From Eledone cirrhosa (Eukaryota), in assembly GCA_964016885.1 (NCBI GenBank), contig OZ024742.1:325748001-325812000 (forward strand): a DNA stretch of 64,000 bases, written 5' to 3'. Positions 14,432 through 29,196 of the stretch are shown one piece after another. A model generated the notes under the pieces. That model saw nothing but the letters and a program-made list of their open reading frames with translations, was not told the DNA's origin and ran no database searches. Numbering within the stretch: position 1 is the stretch's first letter; each line of letters begins with the position of its first letter. A program made the position numbers and the translations under genes.

Positions 14432-15609
14432 ACACATACACACACATATATATATATAGAGAGAGAGAAAGAGAGAGATAGAGAGAGAGAGAAGGAGAGA
14501 GAAATAAATATATAGATGTGTGCGTGGGAGCGTATATATATGTATATATATATAAGTGTGTGTGTGTGCGTGCGTGCGTGTGTGGGGGGGGGGGTGTTAT
14601 CATATCCGTACATTAAGAAACACTGAGAGGATGACAGATAAACGTAGAAGGAGAGTGAATGTGAGAGAGGATGATCATGTGTAATGGCTTATTGCAGACA
14701 CTGTTGTTAAATAATGAAGTTTCTGCTAAGAATGTTCGAGAAAGATAAACAGATATTTTGAAAGATAGAATTGAAAAGATGTTGTATCTCAAAAGTCATG
14801 AATATTCAATTCTTCTTTGATAGTTGTATCGCATGACAACATAACCTCGGTAAGGTAATAAATATATATTTTCAGCGTGTCAGATACAACTTTAAGAAGG
14901 AGGCTAACGCCTATTTCCGTTTCAATCTTATATTATGACTCCTGTTCCATATTGTATTGACGCTGTTGCGTTGGTGGTGGTTTATGTTAGTACATTTTAT
15001 CTTTGGATATAGGCGTAGATATTGGTATGTAATTAAAAATGACACATAGCAACCAACTGATAATAGTTTCGATCTCAAATAATTTACTTTGGCTGTCTTT
15101 TACGTTATCCGTTCCCGACCAATACTGTGTGCGACTGATGGTACACAGATAAAATATCTAGTGTTTATGGTTTGCTAACGTGTGCAGAGAAAATAAGGAA
15201 GGGTTAAATATGTACTTCATGAATAATTATCCCTGATTTTTTTAATGAGTGAATAAATAAGTACCCTTTCACTTTCTGAGATGGCCTTTTACATCTTGGC
15301 AGGAATTTAGTAAGAATGTACCTCATTCGATTGCAAAGTGCGTAGAGCCATTCGGTCCACTGGCGAAGCCTCAGAGAAAGCAACTAAGCCGGTTTAGAAT
15401 TAAAGGGCTCATTCGTGGATAAATTTTCCTGTGACGCAAGCCGAGTCCTGTTCACAGTCATCCACAATTCAATTTTATTTCGACTCTGGTATATAATTTA
15501 TCGACCTCTTGCTCTGTAACCAGTGAATTACGAGTCATAACTAAAACGTGAATGTAAACACCGCCAGAGAAGCACACGGACACACGGACACATTGGATTA
15601 ATATTTGAA

Positions 15610-15794
15610 CCGGTGGATTGGCAGTATGGGTAGAGTGTCGGACGCCATATTTTCCAGCATAGTTACGTCCCTTTACGATCTGAGTTCAAATCCCGCCGAG
15701 GTTGACTTTGCCTTTCATCCTTACGGGGTCGATAAAATAAAGTACCAGTAATGCACTGGTAAATGCTGGCCTTGTGCCTCAAGTAGAAACAATT
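15610..15794 (+). mobile_element. tRNA-derived SINE
   Basis: cggtggattggcagtatgg (A-box-like), gagttcaaatcc (B-box), 3' end ggccttgtgcctcaagtagaaacaatt. Confidence 0.9.
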
Positions 15795-15894
15795 AATATT
15801 TGAACTGATTTTTACCCGCCTTGCTCTGGACTATAAATCACATTGATGTTTAAATATTTCTTTACTTTTACATGGGTTTATTATCAACTAAAAT

Positions 15895-15961
<67 letters not shown>

Positions 15962-16069
15962 GTTATTACAAGACTGCATGCTCGTTATTAATGTGTCTTC
16001 ATGAAAATTATTCATATATATGTATATATATATATATATATAGTAATAATAAATTTGAAGACTAATCTG

Positions 16070-16102
<33 letters not shown>

Positions 16103-16108
<6 letters not shown>

Positions 16109-16196
16109 ATATTAACAAATGGAAACTATATTTATAAAACCATATTTATAGTTTATAAAACCGTAAATATAGTTTCCATTTGTTAATATATTGTAT
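16103..16196. repeat. Hairpin with ~33-bp arms next to (TA)n
   Basis: atacaatatattaacaaatggaaactatattta pairs with taaatatagtttccatttgttaatatattgtat. Confidence 0.85.
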
Positions 16197-16277
16197 TTCT
16201 ACTCCAAAAATTTGTTGAGTGCTTTATATCAGTTATAAAAAATATTTGCTTGTTGTATCCCAACAAATTAAATATAA

Positions 16278-16338
<61 letters not shown>

Positions 16339-16407
16339 TATGAAGAGAGAAGAAACATTTAGATATAATTAGTAATAAAATGTATCATACCTAAACTGCT
16401 CCTAAAT

Positions 16408-16497
16408 TCCTCGACTACGTAGTTTCGTGGCATAAACAAAAACAATATATCATGAAGATATAGAGTCCTTGCGAGGTCTGCCGACTTATCAAGAGGA
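16408..16497 (-). ncRNA. Type I hammerhead ribozyme motif, U3-A8 core variant, extended stem II (unit 1)
   Basis: Minus strand: tcctc-TTGATAA-gt(c)ggca-[46 nt]-tgccac-GAAAC-TACGTA-GTC|gagga; predicted cut between + positions 16413 and 16412. Confidence 0.75.
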
Positions 16498-17004
16498 TAC
16501 CTCATTTTACTAGTCTCAAGAACGCGTCTACACGACGTGAGAAAGAATCCCAAAAGGCGGAGGGGGAGATAGTCACGCGATATAACGGTCGAGAAACAGA
16601 GCTAAGCCTCTTATAACCCCGAAGAAAATACCACGGAGGCGGAGGGGGTATTTATATCGAGGCCGTAGAAGAGGTGGTGAAGAAGGCAAGAAGTATGAGT
16701 AATGGAAGCCTTCCAGCTGTCCCCACACCTCAAAGATTGCTCGACCAGAGGGAGTTATTAACAATATAATTAGAAACACACAGATACATGCGGACACACA
16801 CACATATATACATGAATGCATCCGCACCCAACTGTGAGTTAAGGGTGCCAACTTCACCGATGTTGCTCAATGAATGACTGGGACAGACCAATTCAGTTGA
16901 AGTAGACTGAACCAGTATCAGAGTTAAAAATACATTATGAAGAGAGAAGAAACATTTAGATATAATTAGTAATAAAATGTATCATACCTAAACTGCTCCT
17001 AAAT

Positions 17005-17094
17005 TCCTCGACTACGTAGTTTCGTGGCATAAACAAAAACAATATATCATGAAGATATAGAGTCCTTGCGAGGTCTGCCGACTTATCAAGAGGA
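17005..17094 (-). ncRNA. Hammerhead motif, unit 2
   Basis: Same as unit 1 at +597. Confidence 0.75.
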
Positions 17095-17601
17095 TACCTC
17101 ATTTTACTAGTCTCAAGTACGCGTCTACACGACGTGAGAAAGAATCCCAAAAGGCGGAGGGGGTGATAGTCACGCGATATAACGGTCGAGAAACAGAGCT
17201 AAGCCTCTTATAACCCCGAAGAAAATACCACGGAGGCGGAGGGGGTATTTATATCGAGGCCGTAGAAGAGGTGGTGAAGAAGGCAAGAAGTATGAGTAAT
17301 GGAAGCCTTCCAGCTGTCCCCACACCTCAAAGATTGCTCGACCAGAGGGAGTTATTAACAATATAATTAGAAACACACAGATACATGCGGACACACACAC
17401 ATATATACATGAATGCATCCGCACCCAACTGCGAGTTAAGGGTGCCAACTTCACCGATGTTGCTCAATGAATGACTGGGACAGACCAATTCAGTTGAACT
17501 AGACTGAACCAGTATCAGAGTTAAAAATACATTATGAAGAGAGAAGAAACATTTAGATATAATTAGTAATAAAATGTATCATACCTAAACTGCTCCTAAA
17601 T

Positions 17602-17691
17602 TCCTCGACTACGTAGTTTCGTGGCATAAACAAAAACAATATATCATGAAGATATAGAGTCCTTGCGAGGTCTGCCGACTTATCAAGAGGA
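17602..17691 (-). ncRNA. Hammerhead motif, unit 3
   Basis: Same as unit 1 at +1194. Confidence 0.75.
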
Positions 17692-18412
17692 TACCTCATT
17701 TTACTAGTCTCAAGTACGCGTCTACACGACGTGAGAAAGAATCCCAAAAGGCGGAGGGGGAGATAGTCACGCGATATAACGGTCGAGAAACAGAGCTAAG
17801 CCTCTTATAACCCCGAAGAAAATACCACGGAGGCGGAGGGGGTATTTATATCGAGGCCGTAGAAGAGGTGGTGAAGAAGGCAAGAAGTATGAGTAATGGA
17901 AGCCTTCCAGCTGTCCCCACACCTCAAAGATTGCTCGACCAGAGGGAGTTATTAACAATATAATTAGAAACACACAGATACATGCGGACACACACACATA
18001 TATACATGAATGCATCCGCACCCAACTGCGAGTTAAGGGTGCCAACTTCACCGATGTTGCTCAATGAATGACTGGGACAGACCAATTCAGTTGAACTAGA
18101 CTGAACCAGTATCAGAGTTAAAAATACATTATGAAGAGAGAAGAAACATTTAGATATAATTAGTAATAAAATGTATCATACCTAAACTGCTCCTAAATTC
18201 CTACATTTTATTACTAATTATATCTAAATGTTTCTTTTCTCTTCATAATGTATTTTTAACTCTGATACTGGTTCAGTCTAGTTCAACTGAATTGGTCTGT
18301 CCCAGTCATTCATTGAGCAACATCGGTGAAGTTGGCACCCTTAACTCACAGTTGGGTGCGGATGCATTCATGTATATATGTGTGTGTGTCCGCATGTATC
18401 TGTGTGTTTCTC

Positions 18413-18523
<111 letters not shown>

Positions 18524-19795
18524 GGGCTTCTATATAGTTTTCGTGCACCACGTTTCCGTCACAAAATATTGAGCAAAGCAAAGCTATAGTCGAGGGCACT
18601 TGACGAATGTGGTAAATGGTTGCAAATCGAACTGGTTGCGCCCGTACATAAAAGAAAATTAATCATTAGTGCTAAATACGAAAAGGCGCCTGCTGGATAA
18701 GAAATGAAATCGAAGTGAAGCATAACATACTCCATGCAGTAAACCAAGTATTGCATTTAATAGAAGTAATATGTTTATTGACGTGGAAATGTAATTATCT
18801 ACATGACGTAAATAGAAGGTTAATGAGAAAACCCCTGCGATTCACATTTACCAACACCAGTCATTTAAATAAAATTTGAGCCAAACTGTTCATGTAGATA
18901 ATGTTTCGAATAACTAAGAACGATGTTTTAATTAATCACTAAGAATGGTGTTTTAATTAATTAAAATGACTTGAATTATTTTTACTTTTTACTGTAGGTT
19001 ATATCTCTGTGTGGCTTAATAGAGTATTTGGCTAACAATAGTAAGGTTGTGAGATCCATTCTCTGCAGCACATTCTATTCTTGGTTAAGTCATTTAATTT
19101 CACGTTATACATTTAGAGGCGAAACATTGAAATCACCTATAATTTAATGGATAAACTTATTACACGCTGTGTCATCTGAGACTTCCTGATAATTATGTTG
19201 AGTTTGCTCATGGCTGTGGGATGCTTATTCACTTGCGCGTAAATTTCACAATTGCATTGTTCTGTTTTTCTAACAACTGGAATACTCCCCCTCGGATACA
19301 CTACACACACAGAACCCGTCTCACTTTATTTGGTTGTTTAACTATATCTAATAAAATACATAGTTGTTATATCCGGAATTGTATATCTCTATTCAACTTC
19401 AGGCGTAAGAATAGCATCAACATTTGTTGAATCATTCAGCAAGTTACTTATTAACTGTATACAATCTATCAATAATTCATATTTTGTTCCGTTTCAGATG
19501 ATATCATTATTGATTACTCATCGCAAGTAGTTGTTAAAGTAAAATGGAACATATACTTATCGTCTCTTTTAGTGAGTATTCATCAGTGCGCCATTTACAC
19601 AAGCTTTCAGATACACACACACATACATGTACACACACACACACACGCACACACACACTCGCACACACACACACATATATATGTACATGCATACATATAT
19701 ACATCATACATATACTTGTACACAGATATAAACACACAAACCCCTACATATGCATTCACGTATTTGTCGACGCATATATATATATATACATACAT

Positions 19796-19882
<87 letters not shown>

Positions 19883-20645
19883 TAACAATATTATAACGAG
19901 AGCAAAAATATTTAAGACACAGAAAACATTGCTTTCATCTTTATACGCTCTCTGTTGGTTGCATAAGGACACAGTTGTTAAGCATACGTCTGCACTGGGC
20001 CTATACCAGCAACAGTAGCTTTGAGCTGACTAACGAATGTTCAAAACTAGAAATGAATATACAAAGTAATAGCAATCATCAATATAAGGCTTCCGTAAAG
20101 AAAACCAAATTTGCCAAAAAGACGAACCAATGTGTTTGGAATATGTAAAACAAAGACAAAGATCTTGCAACAGTAACTACAAAGCAATAAATATGAAAAT
20201 AAACAAAAAATAAAAAGCAAATATAAAGTAAAGGGTGGGCCGAAAGTCAGTTCGGTTTCTCTCGTGACTAAATGTAAAGTAGTATAAGTAGCTAACTACA
20301 GCCTGTCTCATAAGTATTTTCACTCGTTAGATACTTGACACTTCAACACACCCGATCCCAACTTCTGATGAGACAGGCTTTACTTTTTCCCCTTTGGATC
20401 ATCTCCAAAATGGTGAACCAGAACGGACATTATCAACAGCTCATGCGGCGCAAACCTTCAGGAGATTTTCACTGTGAATGAAGAGGATTCTGTTACCGAT
20501 CGTGTGTGGTTTCCAAGATTTCGATTGGAGAATTTCTATTCAAGATAATCCTCGGTCTAGCTGGCAAATTGTATTTGAAAGAAGAGAAAGGAAGGGATAA
20601 AGAGCTTCTTTGAAAACCCCTCGTGTGTATCCAGTCAGCCATTTT

Positions 20646-20708
<63 letters not shown>

Positions 20709-22949
20709 AATAAAGATTCAGCGAGAATCGCATTTTCGGCGGGCAAGAAAAAGCGAAGCGAAACGCAAAAATCAGAAATGATATTGGCACAGTCTTCAAT
20801 AGTTAAAAACCAGAGCTAAACAATATGTTAAGAAGCCATACAAAACTGAAAAGGTGGTCAAGAAGGTATTAACCACCCAAGCCAAAAACCGAATCAGGCT
20901 AAACAGGTCAAAACAAAATAAATGATAAAAAATAAGTGATAACCAGACCTGGATTCCCGGAATTGCTATTAAAATCCGATGTAGAGTTTCTGTGACACCT
21001 AAATCAAAATACAGTCAGCTTAAAAATATAAGCTTTGTGTATAACGATCGAACAAGGAATATCACGTTATCAACAGGTATTTCGCTCTGTACCAAATAAG
21101 TGAATGACACGGTAGTAAGTTAAACCACGTGTGGAAATCACAAGGGGAATAACCCCAGATTTTGGCAAAGTAATTCAGTTGGTGTAAATCATGCTAAAAA
21201 TAGCATAAATACCACAAATCGCATAAGTTCTCAACCGAGTAGTTTAAAATAAACATAACCTGTCAGTATAAGTTATTAACAAGTTAATTGTAAGACACGG
21301 GAGATTAATACAAATTACCTGAGTGACGATTCATGTCTTCACGTCTATCACATATGTAGGCTTCAGTAGAATTTGAACTATTTTATCAATACACAGAAAA
21401 AATACCGCAAATCACCTCATCGATTGATGTAACCTCTCCGCCAATCCATCGCCCTGAATTAGCACTTAATTTTATCGATCGCGGAGGTGTTAAACTAAAA
21501 GTTCATTACTGGGAGCTGGAACACTATATGCAATATCTTACAGCTTACACGCATATATTTACTACATATCTAGATAATACAAATATATGTATTTTGAGAC
21601 AATATCTAGAGTTAGTTGTTCGAATTTTCATTATAGAAATTTAACATAATGGGTAATTAATCTTCGAAAAATATGAGCTCTGATATTAATAATATTTGAA
21701 ATTCTATTAATGTGAGGAAGGGTACGGGAAACTAGTATAAGAAAGATTGGAAGCTTATACATAGAATCAGCTCGATGGGAGCTTAACTTGTAATCGATGG
21801 CATCGGGATATATATTCAATCTAAAATACTGCGTCAATTAAAACTGATATTAAATCTATTACTCTCTTTTCCATAGAATATATCCAGCAGGTGTACACTG
21901 ACAGTTACCATACAAATCTTAAAGATTATTTTCATTCATATTGAATAACTAATAACAATGAATATTTGATTGTAGAAGGTGAGAGATAATAAAATGGATA
22001 ATGTTGATAGTTGTAGCAAAAGGAGACTGATCGTAGGAAATATGGATTGATATATAAGTGTAAAGGGGAATACAGAGATTGATAAATGTGAAATAAAAAG
22101 AGCAAAGGGTAGAATATACTAATGAATATGTTACGAAAGTGAAAGTATGTGAAAGAGTGACGATGGGAAGAGGTGAGAGTAAAGAAAAATATAAGTACAG
22201 AAAGACAAGAAACGCAAGAGCAGGAATGACTTGAAGTGATTAAAGCATCAGAACAATTCTAGACTGAGGTATGGATAGCTAGAATCGATACTGATGTAAC
22301 CGATCGATAAATGGATGGTGTGAAAGAAAAATTATAGTAAAAGCAAAAGATAAACAAATTAAGAAACATTAATAGCAAAGAGAAATATCGACTCGAGTAA
22401 ACAAATTTATGCAATAATAGAATGTTACAGGGTGAGATATGGCGGAGGAGATGAAGTTGTAGTATGTGTATATACGATAATGCCTTATACGTATGTGAAC
22501 GCACAATAATGATGTGTACGTGTGTGTCTGTACAATAATGGTGTATGCGTATGTGTATGTACAATATTGGCTTATAAAGACATGTAAATGAACACTGAGT
22601 AATAGTTAACACAAAGGGGAAGGAAAAGGATAAAAAAAAAATCTGTCACAAGGTGTAATACATAGAGACAGACAAATAGATAGATACATATATAGATACA
22701 TCCCTCTCCGTGTCGGATAATAGTATATTTCTTCATGAGAATGAAATGGAGAAAAAGAAAGAGGGTGAAAATGAGAATATGAATTGATCCCAGTACTAGA
22801 CTGATACTGTATTCACCGATTTCGAAAGGCTGAAAGCAAAGGAGAACTTGTTGCAAATTGAAACCTGATCGCATTTAACCAGAACAAATAACGTAGAGGT
22901 TTTATTCTGATACCCTAACAATTATGTTACCGCACTTTCTCTGTATATA

Positions 22950-24212
22950 CAGGGTGCGGATGGTATTTGAGGACACATGAATTTTTAGTCATTATTTTAT
23001 TTGACTAATTTTTTATTGAACTTCTATTTCAGAAAATAACAATGAAAATAACTATGCTTACTAATGAAAGGAAAAGGCATGTTGCGATTGTGGCTTTGAA
23101 GGCTAAGCATGGTGATTTAGAAATTTATCGTTTTCTGAAAGTTGCAAGATCTTTTGTCCACAAAATTCGGTGTGAGTTAGAGAAAGAAGATGGAAGCGTA
23201 TTACCTGTATCAAAACGTAAAAAACATTCCAAATGCTCTGATTCTATCAGGACACCTGAATTTATTCAGGAAGTTAAGCAAAACATTGATGACAATCCAG
23301 GAAAATCAATGTTGTCAATTGCAAAGAATTTTGGTGTGTCAGTAAAAACAATCAGAAATGTTTTGCATGAAGACATCAGATACAAAGCTTACGTGATGAG
23401 GAGAGGTCAATTCATGTCAGAAAAAACAAAAGAAAACCATTTAATCAGACCCAACAGACTTTTGAACAAACTTAAAAATCCACCAGCAGATGGCGTGATT
23501 TGGTTTTTCTCAGATGAGAAAATCTTTGACCAGGACCAGAAAACTAACAGAAGTAATGACAGGTGACTATATGCAGCCCCTTTTGAGGTTCCAAGAGTAA
23601 TGCACACAAACTTTCCTGCAAGTGTCATGGCTTTGGGTGTTGTTAGCAACGAAGGACATGTGATCCTCCTCACTTTTTTCCACAAGGCCTTAGAGTGAAT
23701 ACTGCTGCCTATATTGAGGTTCTGGATAAAGTTGTTAAGCCTTGGATCAAAAGTGTATGCAAAGGAAGGCCTTATGTCTTTCAGCAAGATTCTGCGCCAT
23801 CACACAAGGCACAATTGACACAAGAATGGATGGCTGACAATTTGCATGATCACATCACCCCCAGAATTTGGCCTCCTAATTCACCAGGTCTCAATCCACT
23901 GGACTACTTAGTATGGAGCATCGTTGAGAAAAATGTGAATGAACACCCCATAACACCAAAGATTCTTTGAAAGCCACAATAGTTAAAGTCTGTCCGATAT
24001 GAACAAGGACTACTTAATCCGAGCTTGTAAACGATTTCAACCCCACGTAGAGGTAGTTATTGATGCTTATGGTGGTTTTATTGAATGAAATTATTAAATT
24101 CATAATTTAGATTTATGTTTATGTTATTTTTATAAGAATACAGTTTTTTTCTTATGTTATATAAGCGTTTCTTTAAAACCATAAATCTGTCTCAAATACC
24201 GTCCGCAGCCTA
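22950..24212 (+). mobile_element. Tc1/mariner superfamily DNA transposon, DD37D (maT), full length but inactivated
   Basis: Imperfect TIRs cagggtgcggatggtatttgag / ctcaaataccgtccgcagccta; TA immediately left of the element; internal transposase. Confidence 0.92.
23042..24088 (+). pseudogene. DD37D transposase pseudogene
   Basis: HTH-like N-terminus, WFFSDEK, FQQDSAPSH, WPPNSPGLNPLDY with 37 residues counted between the 2nd and 3rd Asp; premature TGA at 23564-23566 and later frameshifts. Confidence 0.92.
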
Positions 24213-25336
24213 TGTTTCATAGATTTTCATTTGTATTTGGGAATGTCGATAATGGCTTGTTAAAACTCATTAACTTCAAAAATATGTGTTATGCTCCTTT
24301 GAATATTTGCACTTTTAATTTTTAATAAAAGAATTGTGAGAGCGAGAGAGAGGGTAAGAACAGTCGAAAAATAGATAAGAAATGAAAGCTGCCGAATGAT
24401 CTCAGGTTGACGTTTATCTGGGTAAATGTTGATCTTCAGTACAAATTTACTTAAGACAAAACATTCCGGTGTCACCACACAACGCCTTACCGATATAGAC
24501 TCAAAGCATAATTCCACATGTATGGCCGTGGGATGACAAAAAAAACACTTTTCTCAAACAAAGTTCCCTATCACACAAAAATCTTATATTTGTTATGTTT
24601 TAATAACAGTTTAGACCTGACGATGCAGACATATAATCACCGATGTTCTGGGCATGAACATCACATATTCTATTCAGATAGCGTAAGTATGAACATATTA
24701 TATATTTCTGCCCCGAAAGAGTACGTTATGAATTACGGGAGATTGGCTATGTAGTTAGCAGGTGGAATGGTAAAGTAGAAGTTAATATATTTGCTGGAGA
24801 TACGAGAAAACGATTAGCGTGCTACCTAAATTCTTCTAGAAAAATTAACATTACGATGGAGTATATAGTCGTGTTTCAACGTTAGATTGTGTTACGTGCC
24901 ATTTTATAGACCTAAGTAGGACTTATATTCTTAAATATTACCATATAACAATAACTCTTTGTCCTTCATCAAATTCTTTACCGATGACTAAATTTGTTCA
25001 CTGAATAATTTATAGCTTTGTTTTGTCAATTGAGTTTTGCGCTCTTATATAGTTTATTAACCTACGCTATCTCAAAGTAAGTGTGAAACTTGTAAAAACA
25101 CGAAGAAAGACAATTACTTGAAACATGTTACCGAACATGAAACGGCGAAGACATGATCGAATGCATTATGATATTCCAATGTAGCAAACGCAAAGAATAC
25201 ACATTATCACAAAGCTGCACATTATCTCAGATGTAATTATAGACATACATAATTACTAGTCGACAATCTCATTATCCGACATGACGCTACTAACGTAGGA
25301 ATAATCTAAGCCCACCTATATTCATCCCCCCGCATG

Positions 25337-25368
<32 letters not shown>

Positions 25369-25370
<2 letters not shown>

Positions 25371-25545
25371 CGAAGGAAGTGTGGCAATGAACCAGGCGGA
25401 CCGTAACGCACCAGAGAACTCGATACTTTGGGAAGTAGAGTGGGTAATAGGAAAATGTTCAGGAGCCGTTTCGATGGCTATTTCTGTCCAGAAATAGCCA
25501 TCGAAACGACTTGGGTCTGTCGCCGGGGTCCTGCACACTTTCCTA
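25369..25545. repeat. Short HHR-half repeat family copy in palindromic arrangement
   Basis: cgtttcgatggctatttct-gtcc-agaaatagccatcgaaacg hairpin centre, flanked by (TA)n. Confidence 0.8.
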
Positions 25546-25546
25546 C

Positions 25547-25578
<32 letters not shown>

Positions 25579-25780
25579 ATATGTGTGTGTCTCTCTATGA
25601 CCAGTATATATAGATCACAGACACCCACATACACACACACACACACGCACGCACACACATATATATATATGTATATACATGGGCCTTCCAGTTTCATTTA
25701 CCTGTCTGTGTATATTTTAATTATTTAAAAATTAATTTTCAGTGAACATGATTATAAAAAAAATATTTTGAAGTGAACAT

Positions 25781-25805
25781 GACCCAACAGGTGACGGTTG
25801 GTCTA

Positions 25806-25806
<1 letters not shown>
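25781..25806 (+). mobile_element. Possible Helitron 3' terminus
   Basis: Short hairpin ccaac-N8-gttgg followed by CTAG then T. Confidence 0.35.
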
Positions 25807-25860
<54 letters not shown>

Positions 25861-26107
25861 GTAAATATATATATGTATACATAAAAAATAAAAAATAAAT
25901 AGATTTTCGCTTCAAGCATAGCTTCATACAATATGTATAATATTTTGTATCTCCAAAGAAATACAGTTTTAGGAAGCCGTAGCTATGCAAACAGCCGGGA
26001 GCTAACGCCGTCTGGTGATGTCCAGCAGAAGCAAGGGGGACAACTGTCTAGGCATTTGAGGCTTAACTGGCCTTCGTCAGGACGGTCCCTCCCACCGCTT
26101 GCGACTG

Positions 26108-26288
<181 letters not shown>

Positions 26289-27826
26289 GATAAGAAACGA
26301 AAAGAGCTGTGTGAGCAGAACAAGAGGAGAAAAGAAGAAAGAATCCTTCGTCAGATGTTTCGGCGCTTATTTACAGGATATCTGTAGCGATCAAAAGGCC
26401 AGGAGGAAAAGAAGTAAAATAGGAGAGAAAAAGGAAGGAAAAAGAAGGAAATGATGAAGAAGAACAAAGGCGGAAAGGTGGTGAGGATCGAGGAAGAAAG
26501 AGAAAAGGGGAAAAAAGGTAGAAAAAACAGGTGAACAGATCCATATCGTGGTTGAGACACTGGGCAAAGAAACAAGCAAATGAGTAACCGTGAAAAAATA
26601 GGATAGGTAAATTATAGCAAACCTAATAGTGAGATAGAAAGACACGAGCAACCGGAAGTGAGAGGGAGAAGGGAAAGGGAGATAATCCAAAAGGGGTTTT
26701 AAGACAGTGGTAAAACGTGTCATAAAAGATTGAGAACAGAGGAGTTTTTACGACAAGTATAAACATGTCAACAATCAAAACCGAACAGATGGATAGAGAG
26801 GGGAAGAGAGAGAGAGAGAGAAAACGAGAGAGAGGAGGAGAAAGGCAGAGAGAAGGGGAGAGTCGATGCGAAAGTGTGGTAGGAACACAGATCGAGCAAA
26901 ACAGGTAGAGGGGGTCACAGCGGTAAATACAAAATGATAAGAAACGAAAGGAGCTGTGTGATTACTAAAAACAAGGTGTAGGATGGTGGTTTGGACGGAA
27001 CAAGAGGAGGAGAGAAGAAAGAATCCTATATATATATGAAAGCAAAATATTCGAATATTTAAGAGGTTCGCATCTCACTTATGAAGTTAGGATTCGATCT
27101 CATTGGATAGCATCAGAGGGTGGAGTGCCTTTCATTAATTGCAACTAAAAGTCTCCTCAAGATATGCAAATGAAATTATATAGAGGGAATGCTTGGAAGC
27201 CCATCGTATAGACTACAACCTCTTACAGAATGCTCAGACTGCCTTGTCAGCCATTCTGTCACGCTGAATTTCCTCTAAGTATTAATTGGAAACGTACGTT
27301 TTTGGTGTTGTCAGCATTTTACATGTGGATTTAACGTATCGATAGTGTAAACTAAGTATAATATTGTTAGATATATTATATTGGTAAGAAGAATGTATTC
27401 TTGATATTATATAACTAAACTTCAGTGGAAAGTCTATCAAAGATCTATATGTAGAATCAGTGCAACAGAAAGTAGTGGTACGGTGTGGCAAAACTATATA
27501 TAGATAAAGGATATTAAGTGAAAAGTAAGCTTATAAAATACATTTGCAATATTGTGATATGAATCAATTACAAAGAAACGAAAAAGAAAAACTATTGAGC
27601 TAAATGTACTGCGATAACTAGCTATCTAGCTATTTGGGATTATTATATATTTTGTATGTGAAGAAAATCCTCTATCATAAGAAATATAGGGAATGGAATA
27701 GAAAGGCTGCAGAAATTATCAATGCGCTAATTAATATAAACATCCAAGTTATTAACTAATGAACATAATGTAATTAGTAAATAATTAGTGGATTGTGTTT
27801 AATGTGTAATCTATGACAAAAATATG

Positions 27827-27928
<102 letters not shown>

Positions 27929-27959
27929 CGTAATACCAAAAACATGCCTACATGGAGGA

Positions 27960-28210
27960 TATTTCTCTCTTAAATTTGATGGACTTATATATATTTTGAT
28001 CTTTCTGAGGATCAGTTTAAGATATATGTTGGGATATCTTCATTTTATATTCCCCTCTGTGCTTGGTGTGAACTTCAATTTAATTCCATATACTCGATTT
28101 AATCCCAAATACAGGTATCTTAATAAAAGGATTAATGTTTTAAATTTTAACCAATGTATAATTATTTTCAGTGTTTGATTAAATGCACGTAAGACTAACA
28201 AAATGGTATA
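27960..28210 (+). pseudogene. Highly decayed Penelope-like RT fragment (possible)
   Basis: agatatatgttgggatatcttc resembles RYVDDIF, followed by FNP..N....FN and RK.T-like remnants; multiple frameshifts. Confidence 0.3.
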
Positions 28211-28816
28211 AATTCTGCCTAAACCCTCAGTTGCGTTACATAAATAAATAATTGACTGAATCCATATATGGGTTTTTCCCCCTACTTTTCCTCAGTTTTC
28301 CCCCGTTACACAATTTTTGGGAAGACATCCACAGGATAAGGGCGATTATGCGTTATATTATTCACCATTAAATGAGATAACCCAAAGTAAAGGTTGCCAA
28401 GACAGGAATTCTGTACATAACCTCATACATCTTAAAAACAAAAAGAAAACATTTTCTCTGCAGCTATACGGATTCTGCTGATTCACTGTACCAGAAAAAA
28501 AAAAAGACAAATATAAAACATTTCATTGCCGAATGAGAAACGTGCTAAGCGATAAAGAATGATAAATTATGAAATAGTGATCTGTAAAAGAAGAGTTTTT
28601 GGTTAGTGAGCCGATATATCTAGTAGACCATGCAGAGATAGAAAGTCTCATATATTAAAGCTGTTTCTAATGAGGCAGAAATCAGTTTTCCAGTTAATAC
28701 ACGAACGTGAAGCGAGAGTGGGTACCAACATACACAATTCGCAAGGATAAAAGCGCACAGATATTGCACGTCGTCATATACACACGTAGATTTATTATAT
28801 ATACACACAGACACAC

Positions 28817-28908
<92 letters not shown>

Positions 28909-29165
28909 ATAGATATATATGAGTGTGAGAGTTATGTGTCCCACATATAATACAATATATATGTTTATGTGCCTGACACAGACACACATATATATATATA
29001 TATGTATATATTTATTATATATATATATATATATATGTATATATGATGTATATATATATATGTGTGTATATATATATTATATATATATATATATTATATA
29101 TATGTATATATATTTTATATATACATATATATATTATATATATGTATATATATATATATATATAT

Positions 29166-29167
<2 letters not shown>

Positions 29168-29196
<29 letters not shown>

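Noticed and set aside
15610-15700. tRNA gene
   Set aside because: A/B-box-like motifs belong to a multi-copy SINE head; no cloverleaf.
16359-18051. Repeated 64-aa and 94-aa ORFs in the 597-bp array
   Set aside because: No recognisable domains and non-ATG starts; they recur only because the DNA is tandemly repeated.
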